Shown in pieces: positions 17,970 through 29,147 of a DNA stretch of 64,000 bases. The notes beneath the pieces were generated by a model. That model worked only from the letters and a program-made list of their open reading frames with translations, was not told the DNA's origin and searched no databases. Position numbers and translations under genes: made by a program. This DNA is from Candidatus Nomurabacteria bacterium RIFCSPHIGHO2_01_FULL_37_25 (lineage in GTDB: Bacteria > Patescibacteriota > Minisyncoccia > Phycocordibacterales > UBA9973): contig MFTH01000013.1 in the NCBI GenBank assembly GCA_001786765.1, forward strand, positions 19,974 through 83,973. The letters are read 5' to 3'. How positions within the stretch are numbered: the first letter of the stretch is position 1; each line of letters begins with the position of its first letter.

Positions 17970-18197
17970 ACAAGTAAGCGACCATAGAGGCTCACGTTTT
18001 CAGGAATATCAGAATCAAATTACAGCAACAATACTTTCGAAGCGACCATTCAGAACTAGTTTCTAGCAGGTTGGTTCCAAATTCGTGTTATAATGTCCAC
18101 CAAATTTGATTGCTGAAATTATTTTGTGGGAGGAATGCGGAACAGGCATTTTTGGAATTTTAGCAGAGGGAGCTTTAAACTTCGTTTTTAAAAAGTT

Positions 18198-18428
18198 ATG
18201 ATGGAAAAATTAAAATATATAAATAAAAACCGTCCCTATAAAATGCCCGCGGATTTGCAAAGAGCTGTTTTTTCTACCCCAAAAGCTAAAGCAGTATGGC
18301 AAGATATCACCTCACTCGCGCGCAATGAATGGATTTGCTGGGTAATTTCTGGCAAGAAAGCTGGGGCGCGATATATCCGGATCAAAAAGGCGCTCTCAAA
18401 ACTTACAGGCGGAATGCGCCGACCGTGA
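18198..18428 (+). CDS. YdeI/OmpD-associated family protein, probably C-terminally truncated
   Basis: PADL..WQDITSLARNEWICWVISGKK..GMRRP then stop at repeat. Confidence 0.7.
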   Translation: MMEKLKYINKNRPYKMPADLQRAVFSTPKAKAVWQDITSLARNEWICWVISGKKAGARYIRIKKALSKLTGGMRRP

Positions 18429-18480
18429 TCGCCTTGACCAGTCGCCTTGACCAGTCGCCTTGACCAGGTCAAGGCGGATT
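18429..18480. repeat. 3 x 13-bp tandem TCGCCTTGACCAG ending in the 19-bp palindrome + GGATT, copy 2
   Basis: Direct reading; same palindrome as 5023-5041. Confidence 0.9.
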
Positions 18481-18500
18481 GAAGAAAAATTTTTAATCAT

Positions 18501-19088
18501 ATGATCTTAAAAAAGTTTTTAATAATTTTATTAAGTGTGTTCATTGTTGTAGGTGTTGTTGTAAGCGCATTTTTTATTTCTAGAAAACACACTTCTTCTG
18601 AAAACAACACGACTGTATCTCCACCCACAAGTAGCACCACCCAAGAACCGACTATCGAATCTTCTACAAACAAAAATCCTGAAAAAATTACTGATCCGCA
18701 TCACCACCTTGTTGACGTCGAAGATGTTATGAAGGAAATCCGCGCAACATTCAAATTGGTGCTGGTAGATCCTGATATAGTAGTGCAAAAAGAAAATCCT
18801 TGTCCTGCTTGCTATAGTGTAGTAAGCCCAGACAAGACTCTACGTGCTTTCACTACTTATGAGTCTGGCACAGGCGATAGAATATTTATTGAAGAAACGC
18901 AGACTAAAAAGATTTTTGAAATACAGGGGTTACCACTCCCATACCGTCCTTTTTCTGGTCTTGTTTGGATTAATAATCATATTTTGGTTTTTGATCGCTG
19001 GTCTCAACCACATTATGGAATTCATTATGCAGTTGATTTTTCAATAAAGACTTTACTTATAGCCGCGCCTTATGCCGTTTTTTCTTAA
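18501..19088 (+). CDS. Hypothetical membrane-anchored protein with S/T/P-rich linker
   Basis: N-terminal TM; C-terminal blade-like SPDKT..RPFSGLVW. Confidence 0.65.
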   Translation: MILKKFLIILLSVFIVVGVVVSAFFISRKHTSSENNTTVSPPTSSTTQEPTIESSTNKNPEKITDPHHHLVDVEDVMKEIRATFKLVLVDPDIVVQKENPCPACYSVVSPDKTLRAFTTYESGTGDRIFIEETQTKKIFEIQGLPLPYRPFSGLVWINNHILVFDRWSQPHYGIHYAVDFSIKTLLIAAPYAVFS

Positions 19089-19173
19089 TCAGTAAAACCG
19101 AAATAATCACAAATTGCCGCCAAAGAAAACCTTAGTTGTCCACCGCGACTAAAAAGTATTAGCTTTAGAGTAT

Positions 19174-19392
19174 TTATAAAATTCCAAAATTCTCTCTTAC
19201 TAAAGCTGACTGCCGAATTATTGAATGAAGAGTCCCCATTGGAATTTCCTTTCTATTCGCTGGCACAATAGCAGTTATGTTTTTAAGACCTTGTTTTCGG
19301 AACTTTAAATGACTCCCTTTTTGAGATATAAAAACAAAATCATTATTTTCCAAAATTTTTACCACTTGCTTAGAAGATAAAAGCTTAGGCAT
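19174..19392 (-). CDS. hicA: HicA-family toxin
   Basis: SSKQVVKILE..QKGSH..VP..KEIPMGTLHSIIRQ. Confidence 0.9.
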   Translation of the reverse strand: MPKLLSSKQVVKILENNDFVFISQKGSHLKFRKQGLKNITAIVPANRKEIPMGTLHSIIRQSALVRENFGIL

Positions 19393-19603
19393 AGTTAAAA
19401 GCCAAAGGGATAAGTTCAGCACTTTTCACTTCTTGTATTTTAGGAATTTTTACATCTTCAAAATATAGATCTAAAGCTTCACTTAGATTTTTTAGAGATT
19501 CTTTTTTGGTTTTACCAAAACTGGAAATATCAACGTTTAAACACTGAGAAATGTAGTATCTCCCTTCCTTCCAAACTATATTTTGTAAATTAAATTTCTT
19601 CAT
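19385..19603 (-). CDS. hicB: Short HicB-family antitoxin (no DNA-binding domain)
   Basis: WKEGRYYISQC..ISSFGKTKKESLKNLSEALDLYFE; overlaps hicA start. Confidence 0.85.
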   Translation of the reverse strand: MKKFNLQNIVWKEGRYYISQCLNVDISSFGKTKKESLKNLSEALDLYFEDVKIPKIQEVKSAELIPLAFNYA

Positions 19604-19659
19604 AAATACATTGTACCATACAACTGGACGTAAACTTTGGAAAGAAAATAATTAAAGAG

Positions 19660-19911
19660 CTATCTTGTTAAACGGGATAGACGAGATTTTTTGCGAGCGG
19701 CGTTGTTTTTTTTGATGACATTCTTTTTAGCCGCTTTGTCTATTATCGCAAAAGCTGAACTTAACATTTTGAAAGCTTCTTTTTTGTCTGTTTTAGAAAC
19801 TTTCTCAATTTTCTTTATTATCTCCTTCATCGCGCGCTTGCGACTATTATTGGAAGCCTGTCTGCGGAGAGAACCTCGAATTGCTTTTTTAGCTGATTGT
19901 GTTATTGGCAT
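19660..19911 (-). CDS. rpsT: 30S ribosomal protein S20
   Basis: MPITQSAKK, IDKAAKK..KNNAARKKSRL. Confidence 0.97.
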   Translation of the reverse strand: MPITQSAKKAIRGSLRRQASNNSRKRAMKEIIKKIEKVSKTDKKEAFKMLSSAFAIIDKAAKKNVIKKNNAARKKSRLSRLTR

Positions 19912-20025
19912 CCCGTACGAAATAGGACGCGTACGCTTACGCTATATTTGTCCTTTTGGTTAATTGTAATAAATTTTATCATTCTCATAATCTTTTTATT
20001 TTATGCGTCCGCGATTTCGTTCGGG
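19912..20025. mobile_element. CCCG..GAAAT/ATTTC..CGGG hairpin insertion at rpsT start, flanked by ATTGGCAT direct repeat
   Basis: Ends CCCGTACGAAAT / ATTTCGTTCGGG; duplication 19904-19911 and 20026-20033. Confidence 0.8.
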
Positions 20026-20080
20026 ATTGGCATAGATGTAATCTAGCAGAAAATCCAAAAAAATGCAATTACAATACTTT

Positions 20081-20210
20081 GAATCACAAAACTTTAAAAA
20101 TATAACTTTCTGCAAGGGTTTCGAGGCTGGCGAGCCGAGAACTTCAGAATTTTTTAAGCTTCGAAAAATTCGTACCGGAAGAAAGTTGATATTTTAGAGT
20201 TTTGTGATTA
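20081..20210. mobile_element. Y-shaped MITE/REP-like element, arm type A, copy 1
   Basis: ~29-bp imperfect terminal inverted arms; core shared with 32903, 46026, 57311 copies. Confidence 0.88.
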
Positions 20211-20231
20211 ACGATATGCTATGATTAATTA

Positions 20232-20828
20232 ATGATCGGAAGCTTAAAAGGAAAAGTAATACTAAAAACAGAGAAATTTTTGATATTAGAAACTGCTGGG
20301 GTTGGATACAAAATCAGCGTCTCCCCGGATACAATGTCTAAAGTAAGTACCCTTCTTCGTTCGGAGAAAAATGATATTATCGTATCATTTTGGATTCATA
20401 CTCATGTGCGTGAAGACATGTTGGATTTGTATGGATTTTTAGAAAGACAAGAGTTAGAATTTTTTGAAATGCTTATCAATGTATCCGGTATTGGACCAAA
20501 AGGAGCATTGGCTATTTTGGGAATTACTTCAATTGAAACATTGCGTAAAGCCATAAGCACAGGTGACACATCGTATCTCACAAAAATATCTGGCATCGGT
20601 AAAAAAACTGCTGAAAAAATTGTGATAGAACTAAGGGATAAGATAAGCGAAGAAAAGAATGACGTTTCCCTGAAAGAAGAATTGGACGCGCTTGAAGCAT
20701 TAAAATCTCTGGGCTACTCACAAAATGAAGCCCGTGAAGCGTTAAAAAAAGTTCCTGTTAACGCGGATACAAATACAAAAATTCGTGAAGCGTTAAAAAT
20801 TTTAGGTAGCCATGCCAAAGGCAGGTAA
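20232..20828 (+). CDS. ruvA: Holliday junction branch migration protein RuvA
   Basis: GVGY, LYGF, VSGIGPK, GIGKKTAEKIVIELRDK, ALKSLGYS. Confidence 0.97.
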   Translation: MIGSLKGKVILKTEKFLILETAGVGYKISVSPDTMSKVSTLLRSEKNDIIVSFWIHTHVREDMLDLYGFLERQELEFFEMLINVSGIGPKGALAILGITSIETLRKAISTGDTSYLTKISGIGKKTAEKIVIELRDKISEEKNDVSLKEELDALEALKSLGYSQNEAREALKKVPVNADTNTKIREALKILGSHAKGR

Positions 20829-20836
20829 AAAATGGA

Positions 20837-21736
20837 ATGCCTGAACTTCCAGAAGTAGAAAATTTACGCCTTGGACTAACTCGTCATATTATAGGGCAAA
20901 AAATTCTCGGGGTGAAAATCTTTAAACCAAAGCTTGTTTCTGGGAATGGAACAAAAAGAATTGCCTCCTCTAAAAAAGTAAAAGAGTTTATCAAAGGAAT
21001 CGTGGGGGAAAGATTCATAGACATAGATCGACGAGCTAAAAACCTCATCTTTAAACTAAGTAATGGAAAGAGGCTAATATCACATTTAAAAATGTCTGGG
21101 CAATTTGTTTATAAAAATGCAAACAAAAAAGAAACAATTATTGGCGGTCATCCTATAAAACTCTCGGAAACAAAACTCCCAAACAAACATAGTCATATAA
21201 TTTTCAAACTAACTCATGGCGCTCTTTATTATAATGACATTCGCATGTTCGGATACATGCTCTACTACAAAGATATTAAAGATTTTGAAAAAGAAAATCA
21301 TTTTCAATTTTATGGCATTGAACCATTATCGAAAGAATTTACCTTAGAATATTTTAAGGATTCTTTAAAAAACAAAAGGGGTAAAATTAAAATTATTCTC
21401 ATGAACCAAAAGATAGTTACAGGTTTGGGTAATATTTACGCTGATGAGAGCCTTTTTGAAGCCGGCATAAAACCACTTAGATCTCCTAATTCTCTAAACA
21501 AAAAAGAAGTTGAAAAATTATATAAATCTATAATTAGAATATTAAAACGCGCAGTTAAGGTCGGAGGATCATCAGTCGCCACTTATCGCCTAATCGACAA
21601 CACTAAAGGCAACTACGCCAGAGAGCATAAAGTCTATAATAAATATGGAAAACCTTGTGTAAATTGCAAAACTCAACTCAAAAAAATAATAGTTGGAGGG
21701 CGTACGACGATTTTTTGTCCTAAATGTCAAAAATAA
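20837..21736 (+). CDS. mutM: Formamidopyrimidine-DNA glycosylase
   Basis: MPELPEVE, HLKMSG, GLGNIYADE, C-terminal zinc finger. Confidence 0.97.
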   Translation: MPELPEVENLRLGLTRHIIGQKILGVKIFKPKLVSGNGTKRIASSKKVKEFIKGIVGERFIDIDRRAKNLIFKLSNGKRLISHLKMSGQFVYKNANKKETIIGGHPIKLSETKLPNKHSHIIFKLTHGALYYNDIRMFGYMLYYKDIKDFEKENHFQFYGIEPLSKEFTLEYFKDSLKNKRGKIKIILMNQKIVTGLGNIYADESLFEAGIKPLRSPNSLNKKEVEKLYKSIIRILKRAVKVGGSSVATYRLIDNTKGNYAREHKVYNKYGKPCVNCKTQLKKIIVGGRTTIFCPKCQK

Positions 21737-21742
21737 AAAATT

Positions 21743-22207
21743 TCAAATTTTTATCATCCTAAAAAGCGCTACTCCCAACGCCACAGAAACATTTAGAGAT
21801 TCTTTTTTACCACGCATTGGGATTTCAGCTATTACGTCGCATTTTTTTAATACATTTTTTGGTATCCCTGTTACTTCCGCGCCGACAATAAAAACATTTT
21901 TATCTTTTAATTTCACTTTCTTATAGTCAATTGATTTTTCATCTTGCTCTACGCCAATAATCAGATATTTTTCTAGCTTTAGTTTTGCAAGAAGTGGAAA
22001 AATATCCTTCTTCTCTTCCCAAAGCACAAACTCTTCTGCTCCTAAAGCAGACTTCGCTAAATCTTTTCTTTTCCTGCCGAATCTATCAAGTGGCGCTGGC
22101 GTGTACCCTGTTAAATAAATTTTATCTATATCCACAGCATCGGCCGTGCGAAACATAGCGCCGACATTTTCTACGCTTCGAATGTTATGCAGTATCAAAA
22201 TATTCAT
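21743..22207 (-). CDS. TrmH/SpoU-family RNA methyltransferase
   Basis: NVGAMFRTADA, GAEVTG, IPMRGKKESLNVSVA. Confidence 0.93.
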   Translation of the reverse strand: MNILILHNIRSVENVGAMFRTADAVDIDKIYLTGYTPAPLDRFGRKRKDLAKSALGAEEFVLWEEKKDIFPLLAKLKLEKYLIIGVEQDEKSIDYKKVKLKDKNVFIVGAEVTGIPKNVLKKCDVIAEIPMRGKKESLNVSVALGVALFRMIKI

Positions 22208-23550
22208 AAATTTAAGAAATTCTTATTACGCATTTTTTTATGATAAGCAATAGCAAATCTATGCGCCTCGCTATTTGCAAATAAAATTTCTCTTTTGTAT
22301 TTTACAGCGAATTCCTCATTACCCATAATGGCTTTGGGCTTATGTCTTTCATCTTTTACCACAGAAACTACAGGAATGCCAAGCTTTAACCTAGATAAAA
22401 TGACCTGCGCGCTGTTTATCTGCGCTGTGCTCCCATCTACGACTATAAGGCTCGGGAAGGGCCATTCTCTATGAGCCAAACGCCTCTCTAGAACTTCACT
22501 AAGCGCTCCTGTGTCATTGGCATTATTTTGTGTTCTTATTTTAAATTTCTTATATTCACTTTTAATTAATTCCCCATCTTCTACCACCGTCATAACCCCC
22601 ACCATATTTTTGCCACCCATATGAGCAATATCATAGGCTTCTATTCTAGAAACAGCGGGCAATATGTTCTCGGAGTCACCACTCCAAAATTCTCCCGAAA
22701 AATTTCTCTGTCCGTCGTCGCCACTCCTACCAAGGGTTCCCTCGAGAACATATTGCCCGCTGTTTTTTATTAATGCAATATCGTTGATGTGTTGCAAAGC
22801 AAAAATTTGTCTTTTTATCTCTCCAGCTTTTTCAAACTCATATTTTTTCACATATTCTTTCATGTCTTTTTTTAGATTTAAAAGAATTTGCTTCTTCTTG
22901 CCAGAAAAGAATAATTTTATATTTCTAATATTTTGCAAATACATTTTTCTATCATTCAAGTCGGGGACTAAATTTATTTGCTTATAAAATTCCATATAAT
23001 TTTTACTTTTTTCGTCTAGAAATGGGAAAATTCTACGAATTATTTTTATTGCCTCGCGAAGTTGTGAACTGCTCGTAAAAGGCCCGAAAACACTATCACC
23101 AGAAACAACAAAATTTCCAGCACTGCGCCCTTCCCCTTCGGGGTGGGACCCTCGCGCATGTAAATTTTGTTGTTTCTGGTTCAGATTCTTCCCTCGAATA
23201 ACAATAACTTTTGGTAACTTTTCCCTAGTGACACAAACATAATTAAAACTTTTATCAGATTTTTCTTTTGTATTATATTTTGGCTGATGTTTTTTTATAA
23301 GATTAGCTTCAAGTATTATAGCCTCCAACACACTGTCAGTAACCTGCCAATCTATTTTATTTGCATAAAAAACCATATCTACGAGAATAGGCCCGCGTGT
23401 TTCTATCAAATCTTTTCCAAGATAACTTTTTACTCTATCCGTAAGTGATGTGGCTTTGCCGATATATAAAATTTCTTTGCCTTTTTTAAAAAAATACACT
23501 CCGGGCTTGTCAGGTAAATTTAATTTTTTTAAATATTTTATATTTATCAT
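22204..23550 (-). CDS. uvrC: Excinuclease ABC subunit C (lacks HhH tail; two in-frame hairpin inserts)
   Basis: GIY-YIG (PGVY..YIGKA), [23 protein letters not shown]. Confidence 0.92.
   Translation of the reverse strand: MINIKYLKKLNLPDKPGVYFFKKGKEILYIGKATSLTDRVKSYLGKDLIETRGPILVDMVFYANKIDWQVTDSVLEAIILEANLIKKHQPKYNTKEKSDKSFNYVCVTREKLPKVIVIRGKNLNQKQQNLHARGSHPEGEGRSAGNFVVSGDSVFGPFTSSSQLREAIKIIRRIFPFLDEKSKNYMEFYKQINLVPDLNDRKMYLQNIRNIKLFFSGKKKQILLNLKKDMKEYVKKYEFEKAGEIKRQIFALQHINDIALIKNSGQYVLEGTLGRSGDDGQRNFSGEFWSGDSENILPAVSRIEAYDIAHMGGKNMVGVMTVVEDGELIKSEYKKFKIRTQNNANDTGALSEVLERRLAHREWPFPSLIVVDGSTAQINSAQVILSRLKLGIPVVSVVKDERHKPKAIMGNEEFAVKYKREILFANSEAHRFAIAYHKKMRNKNFLNL
22650..22765. repeat. Hairpin element with perfect 23-bp inverted arms, inside uvrC
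   Basis: AAACAGCGGGCAATATGTTCTCG / CGAGAACATATTGCCCGCTGTTT. Confidence 0.9.
23098..23180. repeat. Hairpin element with perfect 19-bp inverted arms, inside uvrC
   Basis: ACCAGAAACAACAAAATTT / AAATTTTGTTGTTTCTGGT; inner CCC-TTCG-GGG hairpin. Confidence 0.9.
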
Positions 23551-26162
23551 CTTCGTAAAACTTTTTTTAAATACTTCCCAGTATAACTTTTTGTATTATT
23601 GGCCACTTCTTCTGGAGTGCCTTTAGCCACCAAATTACCGCCATTTACTCCCCCTTCAGGACCAATGTCTATAATGTAATCCGAACTTTTCACAATATCA
23701 AGATTGTGTTCTATGAGAACTACAGTGTTGCCTTTATTAACCAATTTATTTAAAACTTCTAAAAGTTTTTGCACATCATCATAATGCAACCCCACTGTCG
23801 GCTCATCTAAAAGATAAATAGTTTTTTCTAAATGTGGACGATAAAGCTCGCTTGATATTTTCACCCGTTGCGCCTCTCCGCCGGAGAGCGTAGTGGCGGA
23901 TTGACCAAGCTCTAAATAACCCAACCCCACATCCATCAAAGTTTGCAATCTATCAGAAATTGCGGGAATATCTTTGAAGAAAATCAGTCCATTTTCCACA
24001 GTCAAATGAAGCACCTCGTAAATATTTTTTTTCTTATATTTTATCGTGAGTGTTTCTTTGTCAAAACGTTTACCATTACAAACATCACAAGTGACATACA
24101 CCGTCGGTAGAAAATGCATTTCTACCGCTATTTCACCATTTCCCTCGCAAGCTTCACAACGACCGCCTTTCACATTAAATGAAAAACGGTTCGCCTTCCA
24201 GCCGCGAAGTCGCGCTTCTTCTGTTAAAGCAAAAAGGTCGCGAATATGAGTGAAAGCTCCAGTATACGTAGCCAGATTTGAACGCGGAGTTCGACCTATC
24301 GGAGACTGGTCGATTAAGATTGCCCGAGAAAGATATTCAGCGCCAGAAAATGAAGAACAATTAAAAACCTGCGCAGAACGATATTTTCTTTCATAACGAG
24401 CCTGTAAGTTTTTGTAAAGAATTTCATACATAAAAGAGCTTTTACCACTTCCAGAAACTCCGGTAATAGAAGTCATCACGCCGAGAGGAATTTCAACATT
24501 TAAATTGTTTATGTTAAAAATTTTTCCACCAGCGATTCTGAGCGCGCCTTTCTCTTTGCGACGTTTTTCAGGAATTTCTATTTTTGTTTCACCGCGCAGA
24601 TAAGAAAGCGTTCTAGAGTTGCTATTATTTCTCTTGGCAGTTAATAAATCTTCCAGATAATCAGAAACGACCACTTGTCCACCATGCACACCGGCTTTTG
24701 GACCGATATCAACAATATAGTCGGAAGCATAAATGGTGTCTTCGTCGTGTTCAACAATCAAAATCGTATTGCCCAAATCTCGAAGATTTTGCAATGTTTT
24801 TATTAAACGATCATTGTCTCGCTGGTGCAATCCTATAGTCGGCTCGTCGAGAACATATAATGCCCCGACTAATCTTGAGCCCAGTTGAGAAGCCAGACGA
24901 ATACGCTGCGCTTCTCCGCCAGAGAGCGTATTGGCTTTGCGAGAAAGCTGTAAATAATCCAAGCCAACATCCAGCATAAATTGGAGTCGCGCTTCTATTT
25001 CCCTAACCACCGGAATTGATATTTCCTTTTCTTGTTCGGAGAGTTTTAAGTTTTTAAAAAATTCATGCGCGTCAGCGATAGATAGTGTTGCTAATTCTAA
25101 AATATTTATTTTTTTATTATGATCTGTTAAAAATACGTTCAGCGCCTCCGGACGCAATCTTGCTCCATGACAAGCGTCGCAAGGTTCTTCCCCCATAAAA
25201 TATTTTGAGCCGAGACCGTTACAAGCTGGACACGCGCCGTAAGGAGAATTAAAAGAAAATAAACGAGGCTCAATTTCTGGAAAAGAAGAGCCGTCATTTT
25301 TGCAGGCAAATTTTGAAGACATTATAAATTCACTCCCACCCACCTTGATAGTCACTAATCCATCAGACTCAATCAGCGCCCTCTCAAGGGCTTCAGATAA
25401 TCTCATCCGACTTGTATCTTTATTATCAAAAAATTCATGCGCGGTAAAATGGTCAACCAATATGTCAATATTGTGAGCTTTGTTTTTTGAAAGAGTTATC
25501 TGTTCGCGAAGTTTTTTCATCACGCCATCCAAGCGAATTTCAGAGAATCCTTTTCCCAGTAAATCGTATAATAATTGATAGTATTCACCTTTTCTACCGC
25601 GAACTATGGGAGAGAAAATATTTATTTGATTTTCATCCCATTCTACGCCCATAACTTTCCGTTTATCCTTATTGGAATTTGAAGACGAAGAATTCTTCTT
25701 CCCCAGATTCCCTATCTTTTCTAAAACAAAATTCAAAATTTCTTCGTTTGAGAGTTTTTTGATTTCTTCTCCGCATTTTGGACAATATGGATGCCCGATG
25801 CGCGCATACATTACTCGCAAATAATCATAAATTTCTGTAATCGTAGCCACTGTGGAACGCGGATTGTTAGAACGAGATTTCTGATCAATGGAAATTGCTG
25901 GAGAAAGTCCCGTAATCTCGTCCACATCTGGTTTTGGCATTTGATTCAAGAATTGTCGCGCATAAGAAGAGAGAGATTCCACATACCTGCGCTGACCTTC
26001 GGCAAAGATAGTGTCAAAAGCAAGCGACGACTTGCCAGAACCGGAAACTCCAGTGATAACTACCATTTTATTGCGTGGCATTTCAACGCTAATATTCTTC
26101 AGATTGTGCGTCCGCGCTCCTTTTACCCTTATGATATCTATATTTTTTTCATTTTTAGCCAT
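23547..26162 (-). CDS. uvrA: Excinuclease ABC subunit A
   Basis: GARTHNLKN, two GVSGSGKSS Walker A, two LSGGEAQR; start at MAKNEK. Confidence 0.97.
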   Translation of the reverse strand: MAKNEKNIDIIRVKGARTHNLKNISVEMPRNKMVVITGVSGSGKSSLAFDTIFAEGQRRYVESLSSYARQFLNQMPKPDVDEITGLSPAISIDQKSRSNNPRSTVATITEIYDYLRVMYARIGHPYCPKCGEEIKKLSNEEILNFVLEKIGNLGKKNSSSSNSNKDKRKVMGVEWDENQINIFSPIVRGRKGEYYQLLYDLLGKGFSEIRLDGVMKKLREQITLSKNKAHNIDILVDHFTAHEFFDNKDTSRMRLSEALERALIESDGLVTIKVGGSEFIMSSKFACKNDGSSFPEIEPRLFSFNSPYGACPACNGLGSKYFMGEEPCDACHGARLRPEALNVFLTDHNKKINILELATLSIADAHEFFKNLKLSEQEKEISIPVVREIEARLQFMLDVGLDYLQLSRKANTLSGGEAQRIRLASQLGSRLVGALYVLDEPTIGLHQRDNDRLIKTLQNLRDLGNTILIVEHDEDTIYASDYIVDIGPKAGVHGGQVVVSDYLEDLLTAKRNNSNSRTLSYLRGETKIEIPEKRRKEKGALRIAGGKIFNINNLNVEIPLGVMTSITGVSGSGKSSFMYEILYKNLQARYERKYRSAQVFNCSSFSGAEYLSRAILIDQSPIGRTPRSNLATYTGAFTHIRDLFALTEEARLRGWKANRFSFNVKGGRCEACEGNGEIAVEMHFLPTVYVTCDVCNGKRFDKETLTIKYKKKNIYEVLHLTVENGLIFFKDIPAISDRLQTLMDVGLGYLELGQSATTLSGGEAQRVKISSELYRPHLEKTIYLLDEPTVGLHYDDVQKLLEVLNKLVNKGNTVVLIEHNLDIVKSSDYIIDIGPEGGVNGGNLVAKGTPEEVANNTKSYTGKYLKKVLRR

Positions 26163-26223
26163 ATAACACAACGACACCCCACCGTATTCATAGGGGGTGT
26201 ATATTATTTTACAATTTATCACA

Positions 26224-28353
26224 TTATAATTTCTTTTCCAAACGTAACTTCAATACCCCTATCTCATCCCGTAAAATAGCCGCGGTTTCAAAGTCTAATT
26301 CTTTGACTGCTTTATTCATTTCTTTTTCTTTCAGTTTTATTATTTTTTCGTAAACCACGATATTTCTTTCTTCATCAGAAAGCATTGTGTTTTTTATTGA
26401 ATCCGATTCATTTTTTCCTTTATTATTTTTCTCCTTTGCAAAAACTTTTTTGAATAATTCAAAATCAAGTTTTAATTCCGCATTAACTACCTTGCTATGT
26501 TCGCTTTCTATTTCCTCTGTGATATCTTTTATTTTTTTACTAATTGTCTTTGGTATTATGCCATGCTTTTTATTGTACGCTAGTTGAATATTTCGGCGAC
26601 GAGTAGTTTCTTTGAGCGCGTGATCCATCGCATTCGTTAAAATGTCTGCGTATAAAATCACTTTACCTTCACTGTTGCGCGCGGCGCGACCAATAGTCTG
26701 GATGAGCGCGGTTTCCGAACGCAAAAATCCAGTCTTGTCGGCATCTAAAATCCCAATCAACGCAACTTCTGGCAGATCAAGACCTTCTCGTAAAAGATTT
26801 ACTCCTACTAAAACATCAAACTCACCTTTACGAAATTGTGTAAGAATTTTTATTCTTTCCATAGTTTTTATATCGCTATGTAAATATTCTGCTTTTACCT
26901 GCCTGCCGGCAGGCAGGTTTTTTAAGTACGTGACTAAGTCTTCAGCCATCTTTTTTGTGAGTGTCGTAGCCAGTACGCGAAAACCTTTTTTAATAGTTTT
27001 TCCTGTTTCCATTATAAAGTCTTGAATCTGACCCTTGTATGCATTTTTTTCGCTGACTGGTTTAATTATTGTCTCTGGATCCACCAAACCAGTGGGACGA
27101 ATTATTTGCTCCACAATCTGTTCGCTTTCTTTTCTCTCTTGTTCGCCTGGAGTAGCAGAAGTATAAATCACCGGGCCAATACGCTCTTTAAATTCTTCAT
27201 ATTTTAAAGGCCTATTATCTTTAGCTGAAGGAAGACGAAAGCCATATTCCACAAGGGTATTTTTACGTGAAGCGTCTCCAGCATACATACCTTGAAGCTG
27301 GGGCAAGGTGACATGAGATTCATCAATAATTGTAAGGAATCCTGTCTTGGGAAAATAAGATAAAAGAGTTTCTGGCGGCTCACCTTCAGCTTTGCCAGAC
27401 AAATGTCGCGAATAGTTTTCAATACCGCTACAATAACCGACCTCGCGAATCATCGCGAGGTCATAACTTGTTCTTCTTTTTATTCTTTCCGCCTCTAAAA
27501 GCTTTCCTTCTTTCTTGAACTTTTTTAACTGCGCTTCTAATTCTTGCTTGATATTAGATAGAGCTTTTTTTGTTTTATTATCTTCAGTGATAAAATGTTT
27601 CGCTGGAAAAACAAAAATGTTTTCTTCTTCCTTGATGATATGCAAAGAAATAGGATTAATTTTTGTTATTTTTGAAATTGTATCATTTAAGATTTCAACT
27701 TGATACATTATAGACTCTGATACTGGCATAAATTCGACTCGTGAACCGATAGAACGAAAAGTCCCCGGAGTAAGGTCGGCATTTGTCCTCTCAAAATGTA
27801 TCTTAATGAGGGATTTCATTAAGGTCATCCTGGTAATTTTCTGCCCAATTTCTAATTTGAGATTGACTTTCTCGTATTCTTCGGGAGACCCTAAACCATA
27901 AATGCAGGAAACAGAAGCAACTATGATAACATCAGAACGAGTGAGTAACGCCTGCGTGGAGGCATGACGAAGCATATCTATTTCTTTATTGATAGAAGCG
28001 TCTTTTTCAATATAAGTGTCAGAAGCGGGCATATAAGCCTCTGGCTGATAATAATCATAATAAGAAACAAAATAATGCACAGCGGAGTCTGGAAAAAATA
28101 ATTTAAACTCTTGCGCGAGTTGCGCGGCAAGAGTTTTATTGTGCGCTATTACCAACGTGGGTTTATTATATTTTTCTATTACATTCGCTATCGTAAAAGT
28201 CTTGCCTGTGCCTGTAGCCCCTAATAATGTTTGTTTCTTCATGCCACTAGACAATCCTCCCACCAATTTTGAAATCGCCAACGGCTGATCGCCCGCTGGT
28301 TTCCAAGGATTATTTAGCTTAAAAATATCTTTTCTCGTCTTGTTTTTCAACAT
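26224..28353 (-). CDS. uvrB: Excinuclease ABC subunit B
   Basis: [40 protein letters not shown]. Confidence 0.97.
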   Translation of the reverse strand: MLKNKTRKDIFKLNNPWKPAGDQPLAISKLVGGLSSGMKKQTLLGATGTGKTFTIANVIEKYNKPTLVIAHNKTLAAQLAQEFKLFFPDSAVHYFVSYYDYYQPEAYMPASDTYIEKDASINKEIDMLRHASTQALLTRSDVIIVASVSCIYGLGSPEEYEKVNLKLEIGQKITRMTLMKSLIKIHFERTNADLTPGTFRSIGSRVEFMPVSESIMYQVEILNDTISKITKINPISLHIIKEEENIFVFPAKHFITEDNKTKKALSNIKQELEAQLKKFKKEGKLLEAERIKRRTSYDLAMIREVGYCSGIENYSRHLSGKAEGEPPETLLSYFPKTGFLTIIDESHVTLPQLQGMYAGDASRKNTLVEYGFRLPSAKDNRPLKYEEFKERIGPVIYTSATPGEQERKESEQIVEQIIRPTGLVDPETIIKPVSEKNAYKGQIQDFIMETGKTIKKGFRVLATTLTKKMAEDLVTYLKNLPAGRQVKAEYLHSDIKTMERIKILTQFRKGEFDVLVGVNLLREGLDLPEVALIGILDADKTGFLRSETALIQTIGRAARNSEGKVILYADILTNAMDHALKETTRRRNIQLAYNKKHGIIPKTISKKIKDITEEIESEHSKVVNAELKLDFELFKKVFAKEKNNKGKNESDSIKNTMLSDEERNIVVYEKIIKLKEKEMNKAVKELDFETAAILRDEIGVLKLRLEKKL
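26897..26918. repeat. Perfect 22-bp palindrome ACCTGCCTGCCGGCAGGCAGGT inside uvrB (LPAGRQ)
   Basis: Direct reading. Confidence 0.9.
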
Positions 28354-28639
28354 CAATATCTTACTAGAAATTATTGACTTGCGTAAGTTAAATCAAAAAT
28401 ATTATCATACGCTTTTATTATAATACGATAAGCTAAAGCAGAACTAACTATCGTGAATATTAAAAAATACACTAAAGTCATATTTATTCTATGCATATAA
28501 ATATATTAACATTTTTTAAAAAACAGAAAAAGCCCAAATCTATTTAGCAAATAACTTTACATTAATTTATTTACCTCTTATACTTCTTTATATTACTAAC
28601 TTACCTCTGTCTTTAATGGGAGGTTTAACAAAAAATAAT

Positions 28640-29146
28640 ATGAACAAAAATATAGGAATAGTTATTGGAATTATCGTACTTGTTGTGGCAGGAGGAGTTT
28701 ATATATCAATGAATAGTGAAAGTGACACAGCAATGATGCAAAAAAATAATGAAAATGCTGTTGAGTTATCTGCGCAAGATAAAGTAATGGCGGAAAAGAA
28801 GGAAGAGTTGCAAGACAAGGAAGTAATGATGAAAGCGGGTTCCTACGAAGCTTATGCGCCGGAAAAAGTGGCTTTAGCTTCTTCTACTCATGCTGTCGTT
28901 TTATTTTTCCGAGCAAGTTGGTGTCCGACTTGTAGAGCGGCAGACGCAGACATCAAAGCTAATCTCTCTAAAATTCCAGAAAGCCTCACAATCCTTGATG
29001 TAAATTATGATGATTCCGCCGCGCTCAAACAAAAGTATGGCGTTACTTATCAGCATACATTTACGCAAGTTGATAAAGATGGAAACCTAATCAAAAAGTG
29101 GAGCGGTAGTCCAACACTATCGGCACTTGTCGCAGAAGTAAAATAA
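28640..29146 (+). CDS. Membrane-anchored thioredoxin-like protein
   Basis: N-terminal TM; FRASWCPTC; KYGVTYQHT. Confidence 0.9.
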   Translation: MNKNIGIVIGIIVLVVAGGVYISMNSESDTAMMQKNNENAVELSAQDKVMAEKKEELQDKEVMMKAGSYEAYAPEKVALASSTHAVVLFFRASWCPTCRAADADIKANLSKIPESLTILDVNYDDSAALKQKYGVTYQHTFTQVDKDGNLIKKWSGSPTLSALVAEVK

Positions 29147-29147
29147 T

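Noticed and set aside
18429-18480. CRISPR array
   Set aside because: 13-bp units with no spacers; no cas genes in the window.
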